A DNA stretch of 64,000 nt, from the NCBI RefSeq assembly GCF_009914755.1, contig NC_060944.1. One strand, written 5' to 3'. The notes under the pieces were generated by a model that searched no databases, was not told the DNA's origin, and saw only the letters and a list, made by a program, of their open reading frames with translations. This document shows positions 1 to 13,570 of the stretch, one piece after another (position 1 is the first letter of the stretch; each line of letters opens with the position of its first letter). Both the position numbers and the translations under genes were made by a program. This stretch comes from the human T2T-CHM13v2.0 reference genome, Homo sapiens.

Positions 1-202
1 TGTGTGTGTGTGCGCGCGCATATACGTATATGTATGTGTGTATATATATACACACACATATATGTACATATATGTATGTGCATATATATAAGTATAAATG
101 TGTGTGTACATATATGTGTGTATATACATATGTATATGTGTGTGTATATGTGTGTGTGTATATATATACACACACATACACACATATATACAAAATATAT
201 AT
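1..202. repeat. Compound (TG)n/(TA)n/(CA)n microsatellite
   Basis: Nearly uninterrupted alternating purine-pyrimidine tract, including tgtgtgcgcgcgca. Confidence 0.97.
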
Positions 203-328
203 AATTTTGTACAGTTGAGCTTTCATCGTGTTGCGCAAGCTGGTCTTAAACTCCTGGACTCAAGCCATCCATCCACCTCGGCCTCCCAAAGTGCTGGGAT
301 TACAGGTGTGAGCCACCATGCCCAGGCC
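203..328 (-). mobile_element. Alu left monomer (old, J-like)
   Basis: cctcggcctcccaaagtgctgggattacaggtgtgagccacc; joins the microsatellite at the A-rich linker/tail position. Confidence 0.93.
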
Positions 329-600
329 ATCATGTGGCTTTTAGCCCTTTTAGAAAACGCACAAGAGCAGTCCTTGACTCAGAGGAGCAGATAGGAAGCA
401 GTCTGCAGAGTGGCGGGCCTGGGAATTGAAGGCTACAGTGAACAGCCACGAGGCACAGGGAGTTCAGAGATGGGGACAAATCTTGGGGAGCATCTTACCA
501 GGAAGGTGTTCTTCACGTCTAAGCCCCCGAGCTCTGTAAGTAGCTCCTGTTGGCCTGTGGGGATTTGCAAGGAGAATGGCAATGGATAGAAAAGGCTTTG

Positions 601-880
601 AGCCAGGGACAGTGGTTCACGTCTGTAATCCCAGCACTTCGGGAGGTGGGTGGATCACCTGAAGTCAGGAGTTCGAGACCAGCCTGACCAACATGGTGAA
701 ATTCCGTCTCTACTAAAAGTACAAAAATTAGCCTGGTATGGTGGCACGTGCCTGTAGTCCCAGCTACTCAGGAGGCTGAGGCAGAAGAATTGCTTGAAGC
801 TGGGAGGCGGAGATTACAGTAAGCTGAGATTGCGCCACTCCACTCCAGCCTGGGAAACAGAGTGAGACTCTGTCTCAAAA

Positions 881-923
<43 letters not shown>

Positions 924-925
924 AA
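601..925 (+). mobile_element. AluS, full length, with (TAAA)n tail
   Basis: Both arms present; tail 877-925; degenerate TSD agaaaaggctttg/agaaaatgctcttg. Confidence 0.97.
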
Positions 926-1154
926 AGAAAATGCTCTTGTTAGAGAAGTTCCTGCCCCACGTGGACTTCTGCTGATAACAGAGCATGGAGCTGGGTTAAT
1001 GGTTGTGCTGCTGTCTGAGAGCTGGCAGAGATGCACACATTCACCTTACTTGTGCCAGCTACTTCCCCCATTCCCCTAGGCTTTATCAGTATTTACTGCA
1101 GGGGCATTCATTGATTTATTCAGACATTTATGGAGTGCCTGCTATGTGCCAGGA

Positions 1155-1850
1155 TGGAGCTGGCTACATAATTAGTAGGGGCCAGTGTGAAATGAAAATA
1201 TAAGACTCTTGATCAAAAAGCAAAAAAAGGTATCACTAAAGGTACGAAAACATTGTTTCTTTTTCTTTCATAGTCTCTCTTTTTGTCTCTCATCATAGAG
1301 TTTTTTGTTATTTAGTGTCCTTCCAAGTAAAGAAACAATGTTTAGCATGAATTTTACTGTTCATCTTTATATTATACGCCCGTTAAGAACGCAAATATAG
1401 AAGGAGTTAACTCATATATGGAATCATTGAAAACACACACTTCCTATTGTGTAGTCTGTACATGGATATATATTTCATTCCTAGCAGAAGAGTTAACACT
1501 TGTCCAAAACTAACAACTGCCTTTATTTCACTTCTTGCTGTGCTCACATGTTACCAACTCCCCATCTTCGGCTTGCTGATGATTAAGGAAGGACTGAGAG
1601 GAAAAGGAACCCTGGAGTGCCCTGTCTTTCCCTTCCCTTCTATAGGATCATTTTCAGCATAAATGGTTGGCTAATACAGGCGATTAACACAGCTTTGATT
1701 GTTCATGTTTCTTAGAATGGCATTGCTTTCTGAGTCTGAAGCAAGCTCTGACTTCAATAGGACGTGTGTCCTGCACTGATGCAAGTTGCAAGACTCACCT
1801 TGTGCTCACTTTGAGCCTCACTGGAGTCCCACGTTATTGTAGGTCCATTG
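1155..1850. mobile_element. hAT-Tip100 DNA transposon relic (MER115/Zaphod-like)
   Basis: Start gctggctacataattagtaggggccagtgtgaaatgaaaat resembles my recall of this family's terminus; right boundary uncertain. Confidence 0.5.
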
Positions 1851-1859
1851 TAGGTAGGT

Positions 1860-2010
1860 ACAACCTAAGGAGCAGATACTGGTATTAACCCATTTTACAG
1901 ATGAGAGTTCTGGGATACAGAGGTGAAGGGACATCTTTGAGGTCCCAAAGCTGGTGAAGGGTGGAGCTATTTTCTAGCTGAGATAACCCAGCCTCAGAGT
2001 TCAAACCACC
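1860..2010 (-). mobile_element. MIR
   Basis: cccattttacagatgag core. Confidence 0.8.
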
Positions 2011-2639
2011 CAGTTATTGTTTGAGAAGCAAAGTTAGAATAATTGGCATATCCCCTGAAAAAAAGTGAAATTTCCCACCTCATACCATATACTTCTACCA
2101 ACCCCCACAAAAAATTCCAGTCTTAAACATATTAACACACATTAGAACTACCTGTGGTGAGTTTAATCCTTTTGTATTAAAATACAAAAGGACTCAAATT
2201 TTTGGAAAGCATTCATATAATTCTGGGCTGGGAAAGGCCATTTAAAAAACCACAAAATCCCAAATAATCCAAGATTGTCAAATTTGTTTACATAAAACTT
2301 CAATTTCCCTATGGAAAAAGGCATGAGGATCAAGTCAGAAGAAAAATCGCAGATCTGGGAAATATTTGCACCCTAATTGACAAAGTCTTAATATCCTTCA
2401 AGTAGAAAGCACTCTTAGAAATCTGTGAGGGAAAATCAGACACCGCTAGAGAAAAATGGCAAAGGTCACCAAACAGGCAATTCCCAAAAACAGATTATAA
2501 ATGATCACGAAATGAGGAAAAAAATGTTTTACTTCAAATCATATGTATCTATTTTACCTCCAACTTCTGAAGATAGAGAAGTCACGACTATGGCCACGTT
2601 GGTGAGAGTTTTGGTAGAGAGCCTTGGCTTGTTTGGTGG

Positions 2640-2970
2640 GCATGCTTTCCATTTGTCTGGAATGTTCTTCCCCCAGATACCTGCATCTCTCCAGCCCCAG
2701 TTCCTTCACTTCTCAAGGAGGTATCCTGGCTCTTTCATCTGAATGGCCCCCACTCTCCCAGCTACTCCCCATCCCTTACTCTGCTTTTTTTCCATAGCTT
2801 CTATCATCATGTGACCTGTAGCTTCTGTATTTGTTCACTGTCCAGTTCCCTTCTCTAGACGACAAGCTCCACCAGGGCAGGGACTTCCTTTTGTTCGCAG
2901 CTGTTTTCCCCAGCACCAGGAAGAGAATCTGGCACACAGAAGGTACTCCATTGGTATTTCAATGCACATG
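2640..2970 (+). mobile_element. L2 3' fragment
   Basis: aagctccaccagggcaggga...ctggcacacagaaggtactc, the L2 3' end signature. Confidence 0.8.
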
Positions 2971-2987
2971 AAAAGAATGGGGATCTA

Positions 2988-3287
<300 letters not shown>

Positions 3288-4582
3288 GGGACCTCACAGT
3301 GCAGTTTTTTTGGAGGGTGATTGATCAGTATCATCAATTGAAAAATGCACGTTAGAAATTACTTCTAGAAATGTATTTTACAGAAATACAAAAGGCAAAA
3401 TTTATATGAGTATATGTGATTTATCGCCTCCTGTGGAAATGATCCATACAGAAGACTTGCTTGAATAAACTTGGGGTACAGGCATACAACAGAAATACAA
3501 GTTTTACAGAGCTTCCCAATGAAGGATGTATAAAGGAAAAACATGAGGTAGCTGTAGCTATGGCTGTAGATATAGATAGCTATAGTATAGATACGGATAT
3601 AGTACAGATATATCTGTACTATAGACATGGATATGAATATGGATGTGATGCCTTCAATAAATGGTGAGAGTTTATTCCAGAATAGTGCGTATAGAATGGT
3701 TCCACTTTCACAACAGGAGAACTTACACAAATTGGGTACACATAGAAAGAAGTCTGGAAGGACATTTAACAAATGAAACAGGGTTTGCCTCTGAGAGATG
3801 GATGGGAAACTTTCACTTCATATTTGCTTGTTTAATTTTTATAATTTTAATTCAATGAGCATGTGTCACTTTTTAATTTTGAAATAATTATAGACTCCCA
3901 AGATTGCATTGTTTTTGTAATTATAAAATGCAAATTGGGTTTAGGAGAAATGTCGGGTGGGGAATGGAAAAGGCTGTGACTCTATTCCAGTAGAACAGAC
4001 TTGACATTTTGAAAAGCAGAGGATGGTTCTAGAAATGATAGCTGGGTCTGCTCAGCATTGGCCTTCACCCTCCACATCCTTCCCCTGCAATTGGCACAGG
4101 GGCAGTGGCTGTTTGGAGGGGGGATTTCAAGGTCCTCTTTTGAGGGTATGAGGCTAGGGAGAACAGCAAGGACAACAGGTGTGGCCAGTGCTGGCTTGGG
4201 TCAGCACAGAACGGGAGTTGTGCCAGTCCATGTATTTTTACAAACATGCTTTGACTCTCTCACTTGCTTGTGCCATTTACACCCTGAGAATGTAGTATTG
4301 CATCCTGAATATAACAACCGCATTCAACAAATGTTGGTCAATGATTGTGTTCGAGGTCAAAATGCAAACCTTGTAAAATAAACTTCAAATTTTATTTGTA
4401 TGTAAAAGTTTTATGTTGGCATAATCTTACACGACATCTGATGCATGAGGTATCTATGTGCCAAATTATTATAAACAAGATTTGCACGGTAGGGAGCAAA
4501 GCTTGAATGTAGGACTGTCCATAGAATACAATCTGAACAGACACAGTTCTGACAGTGGGCCAGATCGAGGGCAAAATTGAGC

Positions 4583-5572
4583 CATTCATTCAGCAGATAT
4601 TGACTGCTCTGTCCCGGTTGCTGTTCTAGGGTTTGAAAATATAGCAGAGAATAGAAGACATGAAAATCCGTTGCCTCATAGAGCTTCCGTTCTAAGCTGG
4701 GGCAGGGAATGAAAACAAATAACATAAATGGCGGATTTCATAAATTCTGAAATGCAGCCCCATCCCCCATTGTAATATCTTTGAAACTGGGATAATTTTG
4801 CAGTCGATGGAACTGCTGCTGTCTCATGCCTGCTCATGGTGGGGGCAGTAGTCAAGTTATGGTTGTCATCGCATGTTCCTGTGAAATCATCATTAAGGTC
4901 ATTCAGATGGCTGTTGCTTTTGTTGGGCTGAATGCACTGTTAGAATTATTATGTGTGGGAATTTTAATTTCCATTTAAGATATCTTAACGCTATACCCAT
5001 CTGACTCAGCAATGGTACTATGTATGCAGAAGGGCAGGGGAACAGACAGCAGGGCATTTGTCTGATGTTAGTGAAGCCAATGTTTATCATTGGAGTGCCA
5101 ATCATAATTCCATTTTTTTCTTGTAAACCAACACCTATGTACTTTGTAAGACATAAGCAAGGAAGGTACTCAAGGAAGATGCAACTGCGTTGCATTTGAT
5201 TATTGAGATAAATAGTGCAGAACGCTCGCTTACCATTAGCCCATCAGCATGAGTAAAGACAAGGGAAATGATCAAATCCCTTGGAAAGATGAAAAAACTT
5301 TTAAAACATTGAGAGGCTGATGGAACTGATTCATTTGGATTCAGGACAATGCTACTATTGTTAAGGCTTCATGTCATTTAAATGGCATTTTTGTTTTCAC
5401 TGTTAGTGGTACATAAAATAATGGTGTGTCTCACAGCAACAGGCATCTCAAGAGACAATGAAAAATGGTGATGTGACAGAGGTGGTAAGTGCTTTGGGGA
5501 AACACAGTGCAGGGATAACGGGGAAGCATTTGGGGGATTGCAATTTTAAAAGCGCGATCAGAGAAGACCTTG
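4583..5572 (-). mobile_element. L2 fragment split by a DNA transposon (pieces ~4583-4725 and ~5470-5572)
   Basis: cattcattcagcagatattgac... terminus; L2-like sequence resumes after 5470. Confidence 0.65.
4730..5468. mobile_element. TcMar-Tc2 relic (Kanga/MER104-like)
   Basis: Degenerate terminal inverted repeats cggatttcat.../...atgaaaaatgg; subterminal aaaataatggtgtgtctcaca. Confidence 0.55.
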
Positions 5573-6379
5573 TTATCATTCTAATTGGTGATGTTGTTGT
5601 TATTACAATATTAAGGCCAAGGTTATGTGCCTTATAGGGAATCTTGCTACTCAAAATGTGGCTTGATTGGTCAAGATAATTTTAGAGACAGCTGACACTA
5701 ATTTTGAATGCAAACGGAAATTCTCTGAAACATTGATGAATGCTTCTGCTCGCTTTAGGGAAATTGGCAGAAAGGATATCTTTGGTCCACATTTCATTGA
5801 ATTGATATATTAAGTCTCAGCCCAGCTCACCTAAACACCATCTCACCAAAGTTTTATCTATCACACAGCTTTTACATTTTGTTGGGTTTTATATACTTAA
5901 AGTTTGTCAAGGTATTTAATTACCTTATGTATTTTACTTTTGTAATCTAATATTTTAACACTGGGATTTTACTTTCGACCATTGCTCAGTATTACAGGAG
6001 GTGCCTGCAAACATACCATATAAATAATACTGTTGCCTTAACATTTTTTTCTCCATGTTTCAAATGCTTGCAAAAATATCATAATGACTGTCTAACCTTC
6101 CATGAAATAGGCATACCATAGTTTACTAATTTGATATTTAGAGAGCTTACTATTATAGATAATGTTACAGTGAACATTTTTCCCTGTCATTTTTATTGGC
6201 CCTGTGGGCAAATGTGGTCCTAACCACACTGCATTGTGCAATTAGACTATGAGATTCTTGTAGCTGAGGGCTACTCCTGACACCTCCTAGCAGAGGCCCA
6301 GGAAGTGGTCAATAAATATTACAAAGTGATTGATAGGTTAGTGAACAAGTGGTTTGAAAATCTCAACCAAATAGTAATT

Positions 6380-7210
6380 GACTCTCCAAAAACTCCTGGG
6401 AACTCTTCCGCTTAATGTTCTTGCTGACAACCTGGATGAAGGATTTGAGAATCTGCTTCATTAAACATGTAGATGATATTTAAGAGGCAGCGTTAATATC
6501 CTGGAAGACAGAAATAGAATTCAAAGAGCTTTGAACAACTGAGGAAAATGATATTCTAAAAACAGAATGAGATGAATTTATAGTGTTTTATGAACAAAAA
6601 CAGTGGTTTCCACGTGGAGTGGGAAGAACATGGGTTCAAACCCCGGCTCTGTCCCTCCCCAGCTGTGTGACCAATGACATGTCACAGCTCACTGAGCCCC
6701 AGTTTCTTCACCTAGGAAACAGATAATGTTACCCCCCACAGAGTTGTTGCTGGAAGGACCAAACGAGTTTATATACGTGAAGGGTGTGGCACAGTTCTTG
6801 CACATAGAAGGGACTCGATAAATGTCACTTAATTTTAATAATATCCCCAAGTGCCCAGAAAAGAGCCACAACAAAGCTCATGCAATCCGGAGGCAGGATA
6901 AAAGAGGATGGATCAGACAAAATCCCCCCAAATTGAAATTGAGGGTGATGGTCATTGGTGACTGTCCCTGAATGGAGTCAGCAAGATTCTGGGGGCGTGT
7001 TCCAAAGATCGTGATGAATAAAGCCATACCCTGCACCAGGCAGGCTTTCAGTGGAATTCCAAACCCTGCTTTGGTCACTTGTTTAAAAAAAAAAAAAAAT
7101 GCTAAGACATGGATAGGGGCCCAGGGAGGTGTGGCCAAGATGACTAAAGAGATTGAAAATGGTTCCTGTGGAGAAGAAAGGAGTTTGAAGAAGTTGGAGT
7201 AACTCAATCA
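6380..7210 (+). mobile_element. CR1/L3 LINE reverse-transcriptase remnants (~6380-6590 and ~7110-7210)
   Basis: Translates to LNVLADNLDEGFENLL..IKHVDD (CR1 FINDLDEG..IKFADD) and AQGGVAKMTKEIENGSCGEE (CR1 VQRRATKMIKGLENLSYEE). Confidence 0.7.
6625..6835 (+). mobile_element. MIR
   Basis: tgggttcaaaccccggctctg...agctgtgtgacc...cagtttcttcacct. Confidence 0.88.
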
Positions 7211-7324
7211 CTGAAGCCAATTTAAAAAATATTTTTAATGCATATATTAACACATATATTTAATACTTGTTGAATGTGCTTACCTCAACTGTCGGCCCCT
7301 GAGGTTATAAAGTAAATAAAGTAT

Positions 7325-7642
7325 TTTTCTTCTTTTTCTTTTCTTTTTTTTTTTTTTTTTGGAGACAGAGTCTTGTTGTTGCCCAAGCTGGAGTACAGTG
7401 GCGCGATCTCGGCTCACTGCAACCTTCCATTTCCTGGGTTCAAGCAATTCTCCTGCCTCAGCCTCCTGAGTAGCTGGGACTACAGGCTCCTGCCAGCATG
7501 CCTGGCTAATTTTTGTATTTTTAGTAGAGATAGGATTTCGCCATGTTGGTCAGGCTGGTCTTGAACTCCTGACCTCAGGTGATCCGACCACCTCAGCCTC
7601 CCAAAGTGCTGGGATTACAGGACAGAGCCACTATGGGGGGCC
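7325..7642 (-). mobile_element. AluS, full length
   Basis: T-rich tail followed by both arms in reverse. Confidence 0.96.
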
Positions 7643-8439
7643 AACTTTTTACTTGTAAATAAAGCCTTTAAGATCTTTGTGTGCCAGTATGCGAGGATTA
7701 TCCTTATCTCTTTTAACCACTGAATAATTTTCTATTTAAGGGATTTATTTAATTCCCACCTTCTCACGCCTGAAGGGTATTTTGAAGTGCTTGGAGAGAT
7801 TGTTTGGTTGAATGGGACCAAGGGACACTCCTAGGAATCAGGTGCTCCATCTGAGGAATGAAGGTCAGCAGAGCCTGTTATCTGTCTTTCCAGGGGGCTA
7901 CATGGTTGCCCACTTCTGCTGCTACCTGCGGGCCTGCTCCTGTCTCTGGCTTGATTTCCCCAGACCGTGGGAATGCCCAGGGCCCAAGCCTACTCATCTC
8001 AATCTCAGGCCCACCTGGGTCTGACCAACAACATCCCTCTCCTCCTCTCCCAGAGTTGAACAAGAGACTCAATCTGATTGGCTCCAGGCCAGCCAATGGA
8101 TTTTCTGGCTTTAAGTCAGGTGCCTACCTTTAGTCCAATCTGAAGGAGCTGTGAGGAGTCACATTGCTTAATCTGCTCAAAGCCCTCAGTGATCACTTCA
8201 TTAATTTATTCCAGCTGCTTCTAGCCGCTGCAGACATATGAGTTTGCAACTTTGGCCTTCTGTGTCAGTGCTTCTTAAACTTGAACATGCACATGAATCA
8301 CCTGGGGACCGTGTCAACATGCAGACGTGGGTTATAGAGAAAAGTCTTTAATGCCTTGTCTTACAGAGAAACAAGACGCAGTCCTTGGCCTTAATTCTGT
8401 AAATACTACTGACACCACCAATTAGGGCAATGACACCAA

Positions 8440-8610
8440 TAATGACAGTTAACATTTATTGCATTTACTATGTACCAGGCTTCACTGATGCGTTAAGTCA
8501 TATCATCTTTAGCTACCTTTTTAGAGAAAGCATTTGGATAGCTCCCTTTGAAACATGCTTAGAGCTGGATTCCAACCAGGTCTGCCTGACTCCAGAGCCT
8601 GTGGTCTTAT
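8440..8610 (-). mobile_element. MIR fragment
   Basis: aacatttattgcatttactatgtaccagg...aaccaggtctgcctgactccagagc. Confidence 0.75.
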
Positions 8611-9069
8611 CCAGGTAAGGGGTTGGGGAAGGGGGACATAAAAATTCCAGAAGACTGAGAGGCCCAGGCAGGAAAGGTTGTGGGAGTGCAAGAGAGGAAG
8701 TGTCCCTCTGGCCTCGGACCTGGAGTCCAGGAACAAACTTCCTAGGACCACTTTGAGGGCTCCGTGACATGATGTCTGTAAATAACAAACCACATGCTAA
8801 GCCAGCGCATGTTAACAAAGACTGGCTGCTTATTATTAGGAAAACACTTGCAGCTATTAATCTTTAAACTGGAGCAAAAGCTCATTTACCATCAACAAAT
8901 ATTAAACTCCAAATGGCTGTGTTTTCTGCTGGCAGGCATTGTAGGGGACAGAGGACTGTTACTGCTGATAAGGAATTGACAAGACAGTTGAAGGGAATCA
9001 TTTATTATTAAATTGAAATTTACTAGTAAAAATATTAACAATGTATCAAGCACCTGTTACAAGGATAGC

Positions 9070-9290
9070 AGGATAATACTTACTGAGCACTTATCATGTA
9101 CCAGGCAGTATTTTAAGCCTTTGACCTGCATTAACCCATTGGTTACAACAACCCTAAGTGGTAATTACTATTATCCACATTTTTCCAAGCGAGGGAGAGA
9201 GAGTCAGAGAGGCTCAGAGGCTTGCTTAAAGTCACACAGGAAGGAGGAAGCAGAGCTAATACTTGAACCTTGGATCTTCCTGACTCTCCT
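9070..9290 (-). mobile_element. MIR
   Basis: ttactgagcacttatcatgtaccagg...aagtcacacag...cttgaacct. Confidence 0.85.
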
Positions 9291-10505
9291 GCTCACCCAC
9301 ACCACCTGTGCCAGATGGAGACACCATAAGATGGGATGGAACCAGAGGCTGAGTCACATGGGACCCAATTTTCAGAAAGCACCTCCTGGGCAGGGATGTG
9401 TCTTGTTCATTGTTATACACAGAGATCTTGACACTTGTACAACGGTTTTTAGAAAATCTTGAAAAAAAATATTTTTGAAGGAAAGATGAGATCCATAGTG
9501 AAAGAGTCAAGAAGGACTTCTTGGAGGAGGAGGTTTTTGGACAGACTTGAATGATGAGCGCTAGACTGAGCAGAAAAGACAGCCAGAGAGAGTTTGGCTT
9601 ATCCCAGGGTTGCCCAGGAGACTGGCAAATAAGAAAAAGGAATATTTTTAGATGGTCAGAGAGCATAGTGGCTTAAAACCAAATATTCCCTCATCTTCCC
9701 CACCTGACTTGTGACAAGTAAGGGAGGCACTGGACAGAGTCCCTGTGTACTGAGCAGCCTTCCTTATTGTTCTCGCCTGTTCCCTCCCAGCTGGTGTGTG
9801 TGTATTGGGGGTGCGAAGGGTGCAGCCCAGGGGTGCGTTGATTGCAGAGATAGAAATAACTTCAGCAAGGAAGGTGGAAGAGTGTTAGACATTTCCCTCC
9901 CTCGGTCCGGGAGAAAAATGCTCAGCCAACGAAGTCTAAGTAGTAAAACCCAAATCCATCCATCGTCCTAATGCCATGCGTGACCCTAGAGACCTCTACT
10001 CAAGCTTGCATAATATTGTTTGAGTTAGAAAAGAACATACAGTGATACTATTGCCCAGATGGGCTCCTGCTGAGTGTCGAGTTGAACACACACAGCTGGT
10101 TAACGACCCAAGATGGAGGAGAAAGATTTCCTTCCTGGCAGTCGGTGCAGCTGATAATCTGATTTTTTTCTCCCAGGCTTCCTTTCTGCGACTGCCTAAT
10201 TATCCTACCTACTATGATTATGGATTCCCTTCATGAGGGCAGGGGTGGCCTGCTTGTGACAATCTGGGAGGAGCTGGCTGTACTCTGTGCCTCAGTCAAG
10301 AAACTGAGGCTCTCTCCTGTTGCGGGAAGTCAGGGACCCCATCTCCTTTTGTGGGTTTTGTTTCTGACTCACTCAGTGACCTCCTGTAAGGGGGAGTCTG
10401 TTTCTGGAATATTGTCCTTTCATTCTTGGGGGGATCAATGTTTAGTGTCTGCTGGATATTTGGAGGCCCCAGGTCTCTTTTGATTCATATGTGGGACTGT
10501 GATAA

Positions 10506-10878
<373 letters not shown>

Positions 10879-11264
10879 AGCTATCCCATTTGGACATGGC
10901 CTGTGCCTGCTCTGATGCCTCTGGAGCGTGATCTTTCACTAGTAGCAACAAGATCATCATAAAAATAGCTGCAATTTATCAAGCATCTATTAAGTGCCAC
11001 ATACCTCACTGGGAACTTTGTCTCATGTAATCCTTGTAAATACTCATCCACAGAGGGATTCCTGGGCAGAGTAATACTCAGCAGCATTTGATCTGGAAGA
11101 TCCGGGTAAGTCGTCTGGGCTCTATGGTGTGCCCGGACATGGCAGCATCATCACACTTATCCTCTCCACAGGTCTGAGAACCGGGTGCTCCTTGCATCCC
11201 TGTCTTATAGATGAGAAATCAAAGCTCAGGGAGCATAAGCCAATTGTTCAATGTCTTTTGGCTA

Positions 11265-11592
<328 letters not shown>

Positions 11593-11942
11593 AAGACTTC
11601 AACCCACTAGGTCTGTTTGCCTCCGGAGCCCCCGCTCTTACTTGCCGTTCTGTCTTCCTGTTAAGTCCCACAGCCAGCTGGTCCGATGAACTCACCTGTA
11701 GCAATGTGGGCTGGGGGTGGGCAGCGACGTATCCCACCTGGTCTCTGTGGGTGGCCACGCTAGGGACTCCCCAGGGGAGCTAGGAGGAGAAAGAGCAAGT
11801 CCTGGGCCTAGTTGGCTTTTTCCCAGCTTCTAGGTGGGCTAAGATGACCTAGGAGGGGCCCCTGCGAAATCTGGTCATAAAAGGGGATGATTGCTGGGCC
11901 CACGTGACTCCTGGGAGGACATGGACATTTCCAAGGACAGGA

Positions 11943-12140
11943 GAATTTATTGAGCATCTGCCGTGTGCTGGGAGTATTATCTCTAGGATCTCATCTAATT
12001 TTGACAACAGCAATGCAAAGAAAAGTGTCCTCACCCCTGTTTGAAACAGAGAAGACTGAGGCTTAGAGAGAAAGCTATTTGCCCAGGGTCACCCCAGCAG
12101 TAAGTGATAGAACTAGAAAGGGTTCAAGTCCCGGCGAGTC
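11943..12140 (-). mobile_element. MIR
   Basis: tttattgagcatct...gactgaggcttagagag...tttgcccagggtcac. Confidence 0.85.
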
Positions 12141-12299
12141 AGCACCTTCCCCTCACCTCTTCCCCTATCAGTCACACCCACCAGCCCTGCATGTTCATCG
12201 CTGTGTGTGACAGGTATTAATGATGTGGAAGGTGGGGCAGAGATTACAAAACAGCAGCCCACAGCTTGGACCCAGTCCACAGATTTGCTGTTTCGTCCC

Positions 12300-12600
12300 A
12301 TTTTGTTTAAGATCTACTTTACATATGGTTAATTTCAGGCTTTTTAGCTTTTGGTCATGGGATCTTTGGTGAACATCCCATTGTGCAACCATCACCAAGG
12401 TGCAGAGTGTTTTCACCATCCCCCAAATTCCCTCCTGCTGCCTCTTTGTGGTCAAGCTCTCCCCGACCCTCAGCTCCTAGCAGCCACTTCATCTGTTTTT
12501 GGGTCATACAGTTTTGCTTTTGCAAGATGGCTTCTTTCACCTGTGGCTGAATGCACTTGAGATTCATGCAAATCATTGTGGGTGCCTCAGAGTGGCTGCG
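12300..12600 (-). mobile_element. L1M 3' end fragment
   Basis: tgtgcaaccatcacc...ttttcaccatccccc, the antisense L1 3' UTR pattern. Confidence 0.7.
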
Positions 12601-12709
12601 TTTCCCCTTAGATGGGTGTGTGTCATCAGTTCACCACAGTCCCCACCTGGTCTTCACTTTACCTGCCTGTTCCAGAGAGCACTGGAGTCTGAATTCCCTT
12701 GGTGGAGTA

Positions 12710-12950
12710 TTTGACAGCAGCATGGTTTTTGGAGGCACATGACCTGGGTTTAAGTCCCAGCCTTGACTGATGGTAACCCCATGACCCTGGCCCCTGTGAC
12801 TGCCCCTCTCCAGACTTCAGTTTCTCCAGCGATAAAATGGGAGCGATATTCCGACCTGAAAGAGAAATTGGTGAAGATTTATTAAATACACTAACACGTG
12901 GTAGGTACCTCTAACCACGCTTGGCACCTCGGAGGTGATCCATTAATATC
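12710..12950 (+). mobile_element. MIR
   Basis: cctgggtttaagtcccagc...cttcagtttctccagcgataaaatggg. Confidence 0.8.
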
Positions 12951-13408
12951 GGCTCTTGTCATGGAGTTTGTTGAGAGGCACTGAGGCCTGTTCAGAGGTG
13001 CAGTCTGCACACAGGAGCAAATGGCCAGCTTGGGTGGGATGACTCTAGCCACTTACTAAACCACGTGGTGTCCTGCCCTGTGGGGAACATTGATACAATT
13101 GCCATACATCACTCCCTGGTCTTAGGGCACAAGCGGGATGTTAATGAACAAAAAAAGCACTCTCATTGGCAGCATTATTCATCATAGTTTGCTGGCTGCC
13201 CAGGTCTGGCCTCTTGTTTCAAGTCACAGCTCGTTGAAAACATTAAAAAAAAAAAAAACAAACCTTGAGGCTCTCATTTCTGTCCTTTCCTCCCATCTTA
13301 GCTTTTGTTAATCATGTCCCCAAAGACCTTTTAAAAAGGAGAAATGGCAAATGATCTGGCTTTTCCAAACCACTGGTCATCTCTGGTATGAACTGTTTGT
13401 ATGTTTGA

Positions 13409-13570
13409 GAAGCTGGAATTCCACAGATGATTGATGGGCGGGGAGGAGAGGTGTAGAATTATCCAGAGAAGCAGAGGAGGGGGTGGCTTGAAGCTGGAAT
13501 TCCACAGACACTTGATGGGCAGGGGGGAGTGGTGTAGAATTATCCAGAGAAGCGGAGGAGGGGGTGGCTT
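13409..13570. repeat. Tandem duplication, 2 x 81 bp
   Basis: Units at 13409-13489 and 13490-13570; 7 mismatches, no indels. Confidence 0.97.

Noticed and set aside
4-394. ORFs at the window start
   Set aside because: They are translations of the microsatellite and the Alu.
8611-8620. CAG|GTAAGG donor as a real exon end
   Set aside because: It sits at a MIR edge with no convincing acceptor or reading frame.
13409-13570. CRISPR-like array or repeat protein
   Set aside because: Two abutting copies with no spacers in eukaryotic DNA; no splice or coding support.
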